The notes: generated by a model not told the origin, from the letters alone. Shown: positions 6,181 to 16,258, counted from the stretch's first letter. The stretch is DNA of 18,022 bases from an uncultured Janthinobacterium sp. (GCA_964658025.1 CAZZXB010000056.1:1-18022), one strand, 5' to 3'. Program-made: numbers and translations.

Positions 6181-6828
6181 CTACGGCAGCTCGATCTCCG
6201 CGAGGTTCTTCTCGATCTTCCGCTTGACGCGCTGGAGCGCGTTGTCGATCGACTTCACGTGGCGATTGAGATCGCGCGCCATCTCCTGATAGCTCTTGCC
6301 TTCGAGGTACGAGAGGAGCACCTGCGATTCGAGGTCGGAGAGGTTCTCCTGGATGCGCTCCTTGATGTCCTCGGAGACTTCCTGATTGATCACGAGCTCT
6401 TCGGGATCGGAGGTCTTCTGGGACGCCATGACGTCGAGCAGCGTTCGCTCGCTGTCCTCGTCGTAGATCGGCTTGTTGAGCGAGATGTACTGATTGAGCG
6501 GGATGTGCTTCTGGCGCGTCGCGGTCTTGATCGCGGTGATGATCTGACGCGTGATACAGAGTTCGGCGAACGCCCGGAAACTCGAAAGTTTGTCGGCCTT
6601 GAAATCGCGGACGGCCTTGTAGAGACCGATCATGCCCTCTTGGATGATATCTTCGCGATCGGCGCCGATGAGGAAATAACTCTTGGCTTTGATCCGGACG
6701 AAATTCTTGTATTTGTTGAGCAAGAATTCCATCGCGAGGTTATCGCCCGTTTTGGCTGCGGATACGAGGTCTTCGTCGGGTCGATCGTGATAATCGAGCC
6801 CGTCGGGCGCGCTTTGCGCAAGGGCCAT
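6181..6828 (-). CDS. sigH: RNA polymerase sigma factor SigH (Bacillota Spo0H type)
   Basis: SYFLIGADREDIIQEGMIGLYKAVRDF, SFRAFAELCITRQIITAIKTATRQKHIPLN and LNRHVKSIDNALQRVKRK are SigH signatures. AGGAG RBS fits the second ATG (6828); 6831 is the alternative. Confidence 0.95.
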   Translation of the reverse strand: MALAQSAPDGLDYHDRPDEDLVSAAKTGDNLAMEFLLNKYKNFVRIKAKSYFLIGADREDIIQEGMIGLYKAVRDFKADKLSSFRAFAELCITRQIITAIKTATRQKHIPLNQYISLNKPIYDEDSERTLLDVMASQKTSDPEELVINQEVSEDIKERIQENLSDLESQVLLSYLEGKSYQEMARDLNRHVKSIDNALQRVKRKIEKNLAEIELP

Positions 6829-6897
6829 CATTCTCTCCTAAGCACCGTGGGGACGAAATCGCAGGCCGCAGCCCATCGAGCCGTCCGCATCCTAAAG

Positions 6898-6926
6898 AGT
6901 ATAGGAGTGTCCTGCAAGAGCGTCAA
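6898..6926 (-). promoter_or_regulatory. near-consensus sigma70/sigmaA promoter for sigH
   Basis: Minus strand reads TTGACG (6926-6921), 17 nt, TATACT (6903-6898). Confidence 0.8.
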
Positions 6927-6954
6927 GGATTTAACCCGGACGGTAATCTCGCGC

Positions 6955-8244
6955 TCATCGAAGCGGACGCCCCGAGATTCGACGCCGTGCGTCGGAGATT
7001 CGAACGAATCGGGGCCGACCGCCCGAGATTCGGTAGATTTCGACCGACGGGTCGCGCAGATCGCCACGAGCATCGAACGAAATCGGGCCGATCGGCGTGA
7101 CCGCGAGCCGGCCGGAGGCGATGAGGCGCACGATCTCTCCACGATCCGGCGCCCCCGACGGCACGCCGCGCGCCAGGGAGCGACGGAGCGCCTCGAGGGC
7201 GACCCGGGCCGCCGCGAACCCCGCGGCTCCGAACGTTCCGGGGTCGCTTCCGAACCTCGCGCGGTACGACGCCCGGAACGCGCGGGCCGCGGGCAGACGG
7301 TCGACGTCGGGAGCGAGCTGGGTGTAGTAGGTACCGTCGGCCCCCGGTCCGGCGAGCGGGACGAACTGGGGGCTCGCCAGGCCGTCGCCGCCGAGATACG
7401 GGAGCGCGCCGAGTCCCGCGTCGGCCATCTGACGGCGCACGATCCCACCGCCGGTTCCCACGAGACCGCCGAAAAAGAGCGCGTCCGGCCGTTCGCTCGC
7501 GATCTTCGTGAGCAACGCGCGGTCGTCGGGCGACGCGCCGTCGACGCGCTCGCGCGCGACGATGCGGCCGCCTTCCCGCGCGAACTCGACCGCGAAGACG
7601 TCCGCGATGCCCGTGCCGTAGGATTCGCCGTCGTCCACGACCGCGGCGCGCGCGACGTGGAGATCGCGGCGGGCGAAACGCGCCGCCGCCGTCCCCGCAC
7701 GGTCGTCGGACGCGCAGACGCGGAAGAACGTCGGCGAGCCCGCGGCGCGCGCGTCCGGGGCGGTCAGCGCGGTCGCGGAAGCCGCGACCGAGACGAGCGC
7801 GAGACCCGCCGCGTGCGCGAGCGGGATCTCGGCCGCGGCGACGCTCGAATTCATCGGTCCGACGACCGCGAACACGTCGTCGTCGGCGGCGAACTCGCGC
7901 ACGTTCTGCGCCCCTTGCGCGGGATCGTGTTTGCCTTGAACGCTATCGTCGCGATCGTCGAGCGCGACCGTCACGCCGCCGGGAAATCCGCGCCGATCCT
8001 CCGCTTCGACGGCGAGCACGATCCCGTTGCGGGCCGGGATCGCGCTCTCGCCCTCGATCCCCGAGAGCGGGAGATCCGCGCCGAGTTTCAGCGTCCGCCC
8101 CGCGGCACGTGTCGGCGCGAGGAGCGAAACGAACGCCCACGCGAGCGCGAGCGAGAAGGCGACCGCGCGCGAGATCGCCGCGGTCGGGCGCCCCGTCGCC
8201 GACGCCGATCGCCCGCCGTCGCGATGCGACGTCCGCGCGCTCAC
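6955..8244 (-). CDS. branched-chain amino acid ABC transporter substrate-binding protein (LivJ/LivK family)
   Basis: Hydrophobic signal segment, then LKLGADLPLSG, VVGPMNSSVA, FFRVCASDD, DDGESYGTGIA, YLGGDGL and TPIGPISFDARGD. Start placed at GTG 8244, overlapping the rlmB stop (GTGA). Confidence 0.88.
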   Translation of the reverse strand: MSARTSHRDGGRSASATGRPTAAISRAVAFSLALAWAFVSLLAPTRAAGRTLKLGADLPLSGIEGESAIPARNGIVLAVEAEDRRGFPGGVTVALDDRDDSVQGKHDPAQGAQNVREFAADDDVFAVVGPMNSSVAAAEIPLAHAAGLALVSVAASATALTAPDARAAGSPTFFRVCASDDRAGTAAARFARRDLHVARAAVVDDGESYGTGIADVFAVEFAREGGRIVARERVDGASPDDRALLTKIASERPDALFFGGLVGTGGGIVRRQMADAGLGALPYLGGDGLASPQFVPLAGPGADGTYYTQLAPDVDRLPAARAFRASYRARFGSDPGTFGAAGFAAARVALEALRRSLARGVPSGAPDRGEIVRLIASGRLAVTPIGPISFDARGDLRDPSVEIYRISGGRPRFVRISDARRRISGRPLR

Positions 8245-9032
8245 GACGCGGCGCGGCGCTGACGCCTCGCTTCGAATAACAGAATGCCCGCGGCGACGGA
8301 GGCGTTGAGCGAATCGAGCGAACCGAACATCGGAATCCGTATGAGAAAATCGCACTCCTTGCGGACGACGCTCGAGATGCCGTCGCCCTCCGCGCCGATG
8401 ACGATCGCGACGTCGCCCGCGAGATCGGCGTCGGTGTATTCCATCGAACCCTCGCCGAACGCCGCGCCCGCGGTCCAGACGCCCGCCTTCTTCATCGCGC
8501 GCAGCGCCCCCGCGACGTTGGAGACGCGACAGATCGGCACGTGCGCGGTCGCGCCCGCCGACGATTTGCGGACGGTCGCGTTGACGCCCGCCGCGCGGCG
8601 TTCCGGGATGACGACCGCCGTCGCGCCCGCGCACTCGGCGGCGCGGATGATCGCGCCCGCATTGTGCGGATCCGTGATGTGATCGAGGACGACGAAGAGC
8701 GTCTGTCCGGGCGGACGCGATGCGATCGCCTCGTCGAGCGAGCGGTACGCGAACGGGACGCCGAAGGCGACGACGCTCTGATGCGCGCGATACGGAAATT
8801 GCGAGAAGAACGATCGGCTCTCGTAGCGGACCGCGATCCCCGCGGTTTTCGCGTCGTCGAGTAATTTCCGTAGCGCCGGGTCGCGCTTGCGCTCGTCGCC
8901 GACGTGGAGGCGCTTGAGCGATTCGCCCGCGACGAGCGCTTCTTCCACGGCATGGACGCCGTAGATCACGTCGTCGAGATCGAGTTCCTTTCGCCCGGGG
9001 CCGCGACTCGACCCTAGCCGACGACGCTCCAC
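8241..9032 (-). CDS. rlmB: 23S rRNA (guanosine-2251-2'-O)-methyltransferase RlmB (TrmH/SpoU family)
   Basis: IYGVHAVEEAL, LDHITDPHNAGAIIR, IGAEGDG and IPMFGSLDSLNASVA. GTG 9032 has GGAGG 6 nt upstream, inside the end of cysS. Confidence 0.93.
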   Translation of the reverse strand: MERRRLGSSRGPGRKELDLDDVIYGVHAVEEALVAGESLKRLHVGDERKRDPALRKLLDDAKTAGIAVRYESRSFFSQFPYRAHQSVVAFGVPFAYRSLDEAIASRPPGQTLFVVLDHITDPHNAGAIIRAAECAGATAVVIPERRAAGVNATVRKSSAGATAHVPICRVSNVAGALRAMKKAGVWTAGAAFGEGSMEYTDADLAGDVAIVIGAEGDGISSVVRKECDFLIRIPMFGSLDSLNASVAAGILLFEARRQRRAAS

Positions 9033-10546
9033 GCGACGCCTCCCTTCGCGTCTTCGAGCACGATGCCGGAGGCGGAGAGCGCCCCGCGGATCTCGTCGGC
9101 GAGCGCGAAATCCTTGCGTTCTTTCGCGTCGGCCCGCGCGAGGATCGCGAGCGCGATCGCTTCGCTCGACGTCTCGCCGTTGAGCGAGACGCGCGCATCG
9201 AGCTTCGCGCCGAGTCGCGACGCGAAATCCGCGGGCAAACTCGCGTCGCCCGTCTCCGGACCGCGCACCCACATCGCCTTGCCGCCGGCCGTCACGAGCT
9301 CGCGTTCGCGCTGCGTCGCGGCCTGCGGCTTCGCGCGTTCGACCGGCGAGAGACCGAGGACGGTCAGCGCTTCGTGCGCGAACGCGGCCGCGACGCTCGC
9401 CGCGCCGAGCTCGATCGTCCGCTTCGATGCCGCCGCGAGATCGAAGAGCACGGAGACGGCACCCGAGGTGTTCATGTCGTCGTCGAGCGCGCCGAAGAAC
9501 CGCTCGCGATACGGCGCGATCGCGGCGTCCGCCGCGGCGCGATCGCCGTCGGTCGGCGGCGCGGCGCGCAGCGCGTCGTACGCCGCGAGGAGACGCCGCA
9601 GGCCGCCCGTCGCGCCGTCGATCGAACTCTCCGTGAAGTTCATCGGTTTACGATATCCGGTCTGCAGGAAGAGCAGACGGATCGCCTGCGGATCGTGTCG
9701 ATCGAGTAACGCCGAGAGCGGTTCGAAGTTGCCGAGCGATTTCGACATCTTGCGACCGTCGAATTGCAAGAGACCGCCGTGCATCCACACGTTGGCCATC
9801 GGAGCGGCCCAGAGCGATTCGCTCTGCGCGATCTCGTTCTCGTGGTGCGGAAAGATGAGGTCGAACCCGCCGCCGTGGATGTCGAACGGCTCGCCGAGTA
9901 ACGCGTGCGACATCGCCGAGCATTCGATGTGCCAGCCCGGTCGGCCGTCGCCCCAAGGCGATGGCCACGACGGCTCGCCCGGCTTCGCGAATTTCCAGAG
10001 CGCGAAATCGAGCGGATCGCGCTTGTCCTCACCCGGCGCGATGCGCGCGCCGATCAAGAGTTCGTCCGTGTTGCGTCCCGAAAGGGCGCCGTAACGCGGG
10101 AACGACGACACCGAAAAGTACACGCCGTCGGCGCCCGCGTACGCGTGCTCCGACTCGACGAGCTTCGCGATCGTCGCGACGATCTCGTCGACGTAGTGCG
10201 TCGCATAGGGCTCGCGATCGGGCTCGAGCACGTGCAGGCGTTCCATCGAGCGCTTGAAGTTCGCGTCGAATTCCGCGACGATCTCGCCGAACGAGACGCC
10301 GCGCGCACGCGCCGCCGCGATACTGCGATCGTCGATGTCCGTGACGTTGCGGACGAACGTCACGCGATAGCCGAGATGCGCGAGATAGCGTCGTAACACG
10401 TCGAAGAACAAAAACGAGCGCGCGTGGCCGAGGTGCGCTTCCGCCGAGGGCGTGAGCCCGCAGACGTAGATGCGCACGGCCGCGGGATCGAGCGGCGCGA
10501 ACGGTTCGACCGCGCGCGTCCGCGTGTTATAGAGGCGAAGGGACAT
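9014..10546 (-). CDS. cysS: cysteine--tRNA ligase
   Basis: [11 protein letters not shown] start, YVCGLTP, HLGH (HIGH motif), [40 protein letters not shown] and DDMNT. Confidence 0.97.
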   Translation of the reverse strand: MSLRLYNTRTRAVEPFAPLDPAAVRIYVCGLTPSAEAHLGHARSFLFFDVLRRYLAHLGYRVTFVRNVTDIDDRSIAAARARGVSFGEIVAEFDANFKRSMERLHVLEPDREPYATHYVDEIVATIAKLVESEHAYAGADGVYFSVSSFPRYGALSGRNTDELLIGARIAPGEDKRDPLDFALWKFAKPGEPSWPSPWGDGRPGWHIECSAMSHALLGEPFDIHGGGFDLIFPHHENEIAQSESLWAAPMANVWMHGGLLQFDGRKMSKSLGNFEPLSALLDRHDPQAIRLLFLQTGYRKPMNFTESSIDGATGGLRRLLAAYDALRAAPPTDGDRAAADAAIAPYRERFFGALDDDMNTSGAVSVLFDLAAASKRTIELGAASVAAAFAHEALTVLGLSPVERAKPQAATQRERELVTAGGKAMWVRGPETGDASLPADFASRLGAKLDARVSLNGETSSEAIALAILARADAKERKDFALADEIRGALSASGIVLEDAKGGVAWSVVG

Positions 10547-11210
10547 CGCGCGTCGCGGCGTCGGCGCCGAATTCGGAGAGGCGCATCTCGAGCGCGTCGA
10601 TGCGATCGACGAGTTGCGCGACGAGTGCGGCCTGCGGATCGGGCATGTCGACGAGCGCGGGGCGCGGCGTCGGCTGGGCGACGGGTTTGCCGTCGAGTAA
10701 CACCACGCGACCCGGGATGCCGACGACGGTCGCGTTCGGCGGCACGTCGCGTACGACGACCGAGCCGGCACCGACGCGCGCCCCGTCGCCGACGAGGATC
10801 GCCCCGAGCACCGAGGCGTTCGTGCCGATCACGACGTTGTCGCCGACCGTCGGATGGCGCTTCCCGCCGCCGAGGCTCGTTCCGCCGAGCGTCACGCCCT
10901 TATATAACGTCACGTCGTCGCCGATCTCGACCGTCTCGCCGATGAGCACGCCCATCCCGTGATCGATGAAGAAGCGCTTGCCGATCCGCGCCGCCGGGTG
11001 GATCTCGATCCCCGTCGCGAAGCGCACGAGGTTCGAGAGAAAGCGCGGCAAGAGCGGCACGTTGGCGTTCCACAAGAGGTGGATCACGCGGTGCGCCGTG
11101 ATCGCGTGAAAACCCGGATACGACAGCACGACGTCGAGGATGCCGCGCGCGGCGGGATCGCGTTCGACCGGGACGCGGAGATCGGCTGCGATATCGCTGA
11201 AGAGGCTCAC
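10527..11210 (-). CDS. cysE: serine O-acetyltransferase
   Basis: [37 protein letters not shown] and KRHPT, plus hexapeptide repeats. GTG start at 11210 overlaps the upstream stop. Confidence 0.95.
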   Translation of the reverse strand: MSLFSDIAADLRVPVERDPAARGILDVVLSYPGFHAITAHRVIHLLWNANVPLLPRFLSNLVRFATGIEIHPAARIGKRFFIDHGMGVLIGETVEIGDDVTLYKGVTLGGTSLGGGKRHPTVGDNVVIGTNASVLGAILVGDGARVGAGSVVVRDVPPNATVVGIPGRVVLLDGKPVAQPTPRPALVDMPDPQAALVAQLVDRIDALEMRLSEFGADAATRDVPSPL

Positions 11211-11764
11211 GACGGTTGGGTGCCTTCGAGCGTTTTGAACGGCACCCCGCCCGGCCCGTACTTGATGGGTTCGAGTCCGCGACCGTGCAGTACGTGCGCG
11301 GAGATCGCCCCGATGCGGATCATGATCCGATCGTGGCCCAAGAGCGGGAAGAGCAGGTCGAGCGGCGGCCCCGCCGATTCGCCCGTGAGCGCGACGCGGA
11401 CGGCCCACAGCGCGTCCTCGGTCGCGAGCCCGAATTCGCGCGCGATCTCCGCGAGATCGCTTTCGAGCGGCAGGCCGCGGAGTTCGGGCTGATCGTCGAC
11501 GTATTGGCTCACGGTGTCGAGAAAGAACAGCACCTGCCGGTTGCGCAGGCGTTCGAGGTCGAGCGCGGGGACGATCGTGGCTTCCTCGCGGAGTGCGGCG
11601 ACGATCCGGAGCGCCTCCTCGATCGGGCGCGCGTCGCCGTAAGCTTCGACGAACGTCTCGACCCAGCGCAGCGCCGCCGCGGGCGCGGGACGTTCCAATA
11701 ACGCGTGGCGCTGCATCGCATCGGCGAGGCGCTCGGCGTACGACGTCCGGGCGGAGTCATCCAT
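11207..11764 (-). CDS. stand-alone glutamyl-tRNA synthetase anticodon-binding-domain-like protein (no catalytic domain)
   Basis: 185 aa. [33 protein letters not shown] matches the GluRS C-terminal pattern RxALTG...GP.L....LLG.....R. No HIGH or KMSKS motif. Occupies the gltX slot between ispF and cysE. Confidence 0.75.
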   Translation of the reverse strand: MDDSARTSYAERLADAMQRHALLERPAPAAALRWVETFVEAYGDARPIEEALRIVAALREEATIVPALDLERLRNRQVLFFLDTVSQYVDDQPELRGLPLESDLAEIAREFGLATEDALWAVRVALTGESAGPPLDLLFPLLGHDRIMIRIGAISAHVLHGRGLEPIKYGPGGVPFKTLEGTQPS

Positions 11765-12251
11765 CGGCGCGGCGCTCCAGCAGGGCGACCGCGTACGCGG
11801 CGATGCCGCTGCCGTCGCCCGTGTAACCCATGCCCTCGCTCGTTTTCGCCTTCACGCTCACCGCATCGACTCCCAACCCGAGGACGGCGCAAACCGATGC
11901 GCGCATCGCCGCGATGTGCGGTGCGAGCTTCGGCGCCTCGACGACGACCGTGACGTCGACGTTCGCGATCTCGAAGCCCGCCTCGCGGATCATCTCCGCG
12001 CACGCTTCGAGCAGGCGCATCGAATCCGCGCCCTTCCAACGTGCGTCGCTATCGGGAAAATGCTTGCCGAGATCCCCGAGCGCGCAGGCGCCGAGCAGGG
12101 CGTCGGAGAGCGCGTGCGCGAGCACGTCGGCGTCGGAGTGACCGAGCGGTCCGCGCGGGTACGGGACCGTGACGCCGCCGAGGACGAAGGGCCGGCCCTC
12201 GACGAGCCGGTGCGCGTCGAAGCCGTGGCCGACCCGCACGCGCGCGCTCAT
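11757..12251 (-). CDS. ispF: 2-C-methyl-D-erythritol 2,4-cyclodiphosphate synthase
   Basis: [37 protein letters not shown] and [15 protein letters not shown] 12251 overlaps the ispD stop. Confidence 0.96.
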   Translation of the reverse strand: MSARVRVGHGFDAHRLVEGRPFVLGGVTVPYPRGPLGHSDADVLAHALSDALLGACALGDLGKHFPDSDARWKGADSMRLLEACAEMIREAGFEIANVDVTVVVEAPKLAPHIAAMRASVCAVLGLGVDAVSVKAKTSEGMGYTGDGSGIAAYAVALLERRADG

Positions 12252-12988
12252 CGCGCGCTCGCGGTCGGACTCGCGTTCGCATCGGAGTCCGCGTCGGCAC
12301 GCGCGGCGGCGCGTTCGCGCAGGATCGTTTCGGCGAGGACCCGATCGCTCGCGAGCGTTACCTTGAAATTCTCGGCGCTCGCGCGCACGATCGCGACGCG
12401 CACGCCCGCCGCTTCGAGCACCATCGCGTCGTCCGTCGCGTCGAGGCCCTCGCGGCGCGCGCGCTCGTGCGCCGCGCGCAGGTCGGCGAGGGTGCCGAAC
12501 TGCGGCGTCTGCGCGGCCCAGAGTTCGGCGCGCCGAAGCGTCCGCGCGACGCTGCGTCCGTCCGCGGTCGCGACCTTGATCGTATCGATGACCGGCGCCG
12601 CGAGCACCGCGCCGACCCCGGCTTCGGTCGCGGCCATCCCCGCGCGCACGTCCTCGGCGAGCACGAGCGGCCGCGCGCCGTCGTGGACGAACGCGGCGTC
12701 GCAATGCGACGGCACCGCGGCGAGCGCGTTCTCGACGCTCGCCTGACGCGTCGCGCCGCCGCGGACCACGATCGCGCCCAGACGCGGCGCGTGCGCGCGC
12801 GCGAGCGCCTCCATGTCCGCGACGTATTCGGCTTCGGTCGCGATCACGAGCGCGCCGAGTTCGGACATCGCTCCGAACGTCGCGAGCGACCACGCGACGA
12901 GCGGGCGGCCCGCGATCTCGACGAATTGCTTGGGACGCCCGAAGCGCACGCCGCGCCCCGCCGCGACGACGATCGCCGCGAACGTCAC
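12248..12988 (-). CDS. ispD: 2-C-methyl-D-erythritol 4-phosphate cytidylyltransferase
   Basis: [44 protein letters not shown] and NFKVT. GTG start at 12988. Confidence 0.95.
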   Translation of the reverse strand: MTFAAIVVAAGRGVRFGRPKQFVEIAGRPLVAWSLATFGAMSELGALVIATEAEYVADMEALARAHAPRLGAIVVRGGATRQASVENALAAVPSHCDAAFVHDGARPLVLAEDVRAGMAATEAGVGAVLAAPVIDTIKVATADGRSVARTLRRAELWAAQTPQFGTLADLRAAHERARREGLDATDDAMVLEAAGVRVAIVRASAENFKVTLASDRVLAETILRERAAARADADSDANASPTASAR

Positions 12989-14082
12989 GCGTTCGAAACC
13001 GGCTGGGCACGCCGGACCTTCGCGAAGATCATCCGCCCGGCGACGGTCTGCAACACGCTCGTCACCTGCACGTCGGCGTCCTCGCCGATCAGCCGGCGTC
13101 CGTTCTCCACGACGATCATCGTGCCGTCCTCGAGATAGCCGACGCCTTGATGCGCTTCCTTTCCGTCGCGCACGATCGCGACGTGGAGTTCTTCTCCCGG
13201 GAGGACGACGGGCCGGACCGCGCCCGCGAGTTCGTTGATGTTGAGGACGCTCACGCCCTCGACGTGCGCGACGCGATTGAGGTTGTAATCGTTCGTGACG
13301 ATCTTCCCGCCCGATTCGCGCGCGAGACGGACGAGCTTCGCATCGACGCCGTGCGCGTCGTCGTAATCGCGTTCGCTGATCTCGAGTTCGACCGCGTCTT
13401 GCAACTTCGAGAGCACGTCGAGCCCGCGTCGGCCGCGCGTCCGCTTCATCGGATCGGCGGAATCGGCGATCGTCTGCAGTTCGCGCAAGACGAAGCGCGG
13501 CACGACGAGCGGACCTTCGAGAAATCCGCTCTCGACGATCTCGACGATCCGACCGTCGACGATGACCGACGTATCGATGAGCTTCGCGGTCGCGCGCGTC
13601 GCGGAACCCGTCGCCGCGGGCGATCCCGACTCGCGTCCCAGTCGTTGCTTCGCGCCGACGCGCGCGCCGAGAAACGCGGCGAAGATGCTCACGAGGATGT
13701 AGGCGACGTTGGCGACGTAGAGTCCCGCGACGCCCGCGTTCGCGATCACCTCGAACGACAGACTCTTCAGTAAGAATGCGACCGCGAGACCGGCGATGAG
13801 TCCGATCACGCCGCCCGTCACCTGCGCGGGCTCGAGCGTTTCGAGCACGCCCTCGACCGACGTGAGTTCGCCCTCGAAGATCGCCTGCGCGTACGGCGCG
13901 ACGAAGAGGCCGGCGACGGCGCCCGCGACGGGCGTCGCGATCGTGAGCGCGATCAGCCACCCCGGACTCGCGACGTGGAGCGAGATGAGATGGACGTACG
14001 CTTCGCGGCCGAGCAGATACCCCGTCACGGCGAAGACGATCATGAAAAAGATGCGCAGGATCGTCCGCGGCACGACCGTCAA
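12985..14082 (-). CDS. membrane-anchored PIN/TRAM domain protein (YacL-like)
   Basis: N-terminal TM helices, PIN motifs [20 protein letters not shown] and [15 protein letters not shown] motif [14 protein letters not shown]. Directly upstream of ispD, as yacL is in Bacillus. Confidence 0.92.
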   Translation of the reverse strand: MTVVPRTILRIFFMIVFAVTGYLLGREAYVHLISLHVASPGWLIALTIATPVAGAVAGLFVAPYAQAIFEGELTSVEGVLETLEPAQVTGGVIGLIAGLAVAFLLKSLSFEVIANAGVAGLYVANVAYILVSIFAAFLGARVGAKQRLGRESGSPAATGSATRATAKLIDTSVIVDGRIVEIVESGFLEGPLVVPRFVLRELQTIADSADPMKRTRGRRGLDVLSKLQDAVELEISERDYDDAHGVDAKLVRLARESGGKIVTNDYNLNRVAHVEGVSVLNINELAGAVRPVVLPGEELHVAIVRDGKEAHQGVGYLEDGTMIVVENGRRLIGEDADVQVTSVLQTVAGRMIFAKVRRAQPVSNA

Positions 14083-15224
14083 CCCGCGAACGTCACGAAC
14101 GCACCGCAGACGTCGTTCGCGACGAAGCGTCCGCGCGGGGTCAGACGGACGTGCGAGGGCGTCACGTCGAGCGTCCCCGTCGCGTCCATCTCGGCCAGTA
14201 TCGGTGCGTAGAAGCGGTGAAAGTCAACGCGATACCGTTCCGCGAAGGCGCCCGTATCCACCCCCTCCGCGGTCCGAAGCGCGAGCATCACCGCTTCTCC
14301 CAGGCGCGCCGCACCTTCGAGCCGCTCGGAATCGCCCGGGATCGGACGGTCCGTCTCGGCGGCGGCGCAGTAGGCTTCGAGATCGCGCGTATGCGTCGCG
14401 CGGACGCCGCCGCGGTAGGACGCCGCGCCGACGCCGAATCCGAGATACTCGCCGTTCGCCCAATAATTCGCGTTGTGCGCGCAGCGCTTGCCGTCCCGCG
14501 CGAAGTTACTGATTTCGTACTGCTCGAAGCCCGCGGGGACGAGCCTCGCGATCGCGCGTTCGAAGAGTTCGGCCTCGGCGTCGTTCGTCGCGAACGCCCG
14601 CGGTTCGCGCGCGAACCACGCGGCGTACGGCGTGCCGTCTTCGATCGTGAGCCCGTACGTCGAGACGTGCGTCGGCTCGAGCGCGAGCGCCGCGTCGAGC
14701 GAGCGGTCGAGCGATTCCGGCGTCTGGCCCGGCGTGCCGAAGATGAGATCGAGCGAGAGATCGGCGATCCCGGCGCGGCGCGCCGCGGCGAACGCGAACG
14801 CGACGTCCGCGGGCGTATGGCGGCGGCCGAGGACGGCGATCTCCTCGGGCACGAACGACTGCACGCCGAACGAGATGCGCGTGATCCCGGCCGTCGCGTA
14901 CGCTTCGAATATCTCGGGCGCGCACAGGGCGCGATCGGGGTTCATCTCGATCGTCGCCTCCGCGCCGAGCGGGAGCGCGAAGCGCTCGCGGACGAGGCGC
15001 ACGAGCGCCGCGATCGCCCGCGGTTCGTACGTGTTCGGCGTGCCGCCCCCGAAGAAGAGCGTCGCCGCCGCGAGCGGTTCCGCCGCGCGCATCTCGCATT
15101 CGAGCGCGCCGAGATAGCGAATCGCCTGCGTCGCGCGCAGCGGCCACTTCGCGAAATCGCAATACGGACAGACGTACGGACAGAACGGGAGATGGACGTA
15201 GATGCCGCCCGACGGGCGGGGCAT
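14079..15224 (-). CDS. hemW: radical SAM heme chaperone HemW (HemN-like)
   Basis: YVHLPFCPYVCPYCDF (CxxxCxxC), FGGGTP, RISFGVQSF, DLIFGTPGQT, YEISNF and the HNxxYW motif (HNANYW). Confidence 0.9.
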   Translation of the reverse strand: MPRPSGGIYVHLPFCPYVCPYCDFAKWPLRATQAIRYLGALECEMRAAEPLAAATLFFGGGTPNTYEPRAIAALVRLVRERFALPLGAEATIEMNPDRALCAPEIFEAYATAGITRISFGVQSFVPEEIAVLGRRHTPADVAFAFAAARRAGIADLSLDLIFGTPGQTPESLDRSLDAALALEPTHVSTYGLTIEDGTPYAAWFAREPRAFATNDAEAELFERAIARLVPAGFEQYEISNFARDGKRCAHNANYWANGEYLGFGVGAASYRGGVRATHTRDLEAYCAAAETDRPIPGDSERLEGAARLGEAVMLALRTAEGVDTGAFAERYRVDFHRFYAPILAEMDATGTLDVTPSHVRLTPRGRFVANDVCGAFVTFAG

Positions 15225-16258
15225 CAGGCTTTCGTCGCCTCGCCTACCGCGACGGTCGCATCCGGTGCGACGAGTCGTTCGATCCGTCCGACGACGTCCT
15301 CGCGCACCTCGGCGACGGCGGCGCGGATCGCGCTCTCGATCGCCTCGCGATTCGCCCGACCGTGCGCGACGATGCAGTTGCCGCGCAAACCGAGTAACGG
15401 CGCGCCGCCGTACGCTTCGTAACTCAACTTCTTACGCACGCGACGCAGCGCCGGACGCGCGAGCAACGCGCCGAGTTTCTCGATGGGATTCCCGCGGCCG
15501 AGTTCGTCGACGACGATGTGGCCGATGAGCGACGCCGCACCTTCGGCGAGCTTGAGCATCACGTTCCCGACGAACCCGTCGGTCACGAAGACGTCGGCGC
15601 CGTTACTGAAGACGTCCTTGCCCTCGACGTTGCCGATGAAATCGATCGGCGCGAGTTCCAAGAGGCGGGCCGCCTCGATCGTCTGCGCGTTGCCCTTCAC
15701 GCGCTCTTCTCCGACCGAGACGATGCCGACGCGCGGCGACGCGATCCCGAGCACGGCGCGCGCGTACGCGCTGCCCATCACGCCGAACTGCGCGAGCCAC
15801 TCCGGCCGACAATCGACGTTCGCGCCGCTGTCGAGGACGACGACGGGGCCGTCGCGCGCGGGGAAGACGACCGCGATCGCCGGGCGGGCGACGCCCTCGA
15901 TCGCGCGCAAGCGGATCAGCGCGATCGCGAGGAACGCGCCGCTGTTCCCCGCGGAGACGACGGCGTCGGCCTTGCGGTCGCGCACGAGTTCGATCGCGGC
16001 TCCGAGCGACGTCGTCTCGCAGCCGCGGATCGCGGCCGACGGCGGCGCGTCCATCGCGATCGCGCCCGGCGCGTGGACGATCTCGACGGCGCTCCCCCCC
16101 GGCTGGCGCAACAGCGGCTCGAGCCGGGTGCGGTCGCCGACGAGCAACATGTGCCCGAGCCCCTCGCGAGCCGCACCGCAGACGCCGGCGACGATTTCTT
16201 CGGGAGCGTGATCCCCGCCCATCGCGTCGACCGCGATACGCGGAATTCGGCCGTTCAA
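15224..16258 (-). CDS. plsX: phosphate acyltransferase PlsX
   Basis: IAVDAMGGDHAP, VSAGNSGA, RPAIA, LDSGANVD, FIGNVEG, VTDGFVGNVMLK and YGGAPLLGL. Start uncertain: TTG 16258 preferred, ATG 16309 possible. Confidence 0.94.
   Translation of the reverse strand: MNGRIPRIAVDAMGGDHAPEEIVAGVCGAAREGLGHMLLVGDRTRLEPLLRQPGGSAVEIVHAPGAIAMDAPPSAAIRGCETTSLGAAIELVRDRKADAVVSAGNSGAFLAIALIRLRAIEGVARPAIAVVFPARDGPVVVLDSGANVDCRPEWLAQFGVMGSAYARAVLGIASPRVGIVSVGEERVKGNAQTIEAARLLELAPIDFIGNVEGKDVFSNGADVFVTDGFVGNVMLKLAEGAASLIGHIVVDELGRGNPIEKLGALLARPALRRVRKKLSYEAYGGAPLLGLRGNCIVAHGRANREAIESAIRAAVAEVREDVVGRIERLVAPDATVAVGEATKA

Noticed and set aside
6181..6828. Horizontal transfer of sigH suggested by its lower GC
   Set aside because: Explained by Lys/Ile/Asn/Glu-rich composition; third positions stay mostly G/C and synteny is ancestral.
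6004..8262. 752-aa plus-strand ORF and many other long Arg/Ala-rich ORFs in the track
   Set aside because: Antisense or off-frame shadows of real genes, expected at high GC; no recognisable motifs.
11757..12988. IspD-IspF fusion
   Set aside because: Separate frames with an ATGA stop/start overlap at 12248-12251.
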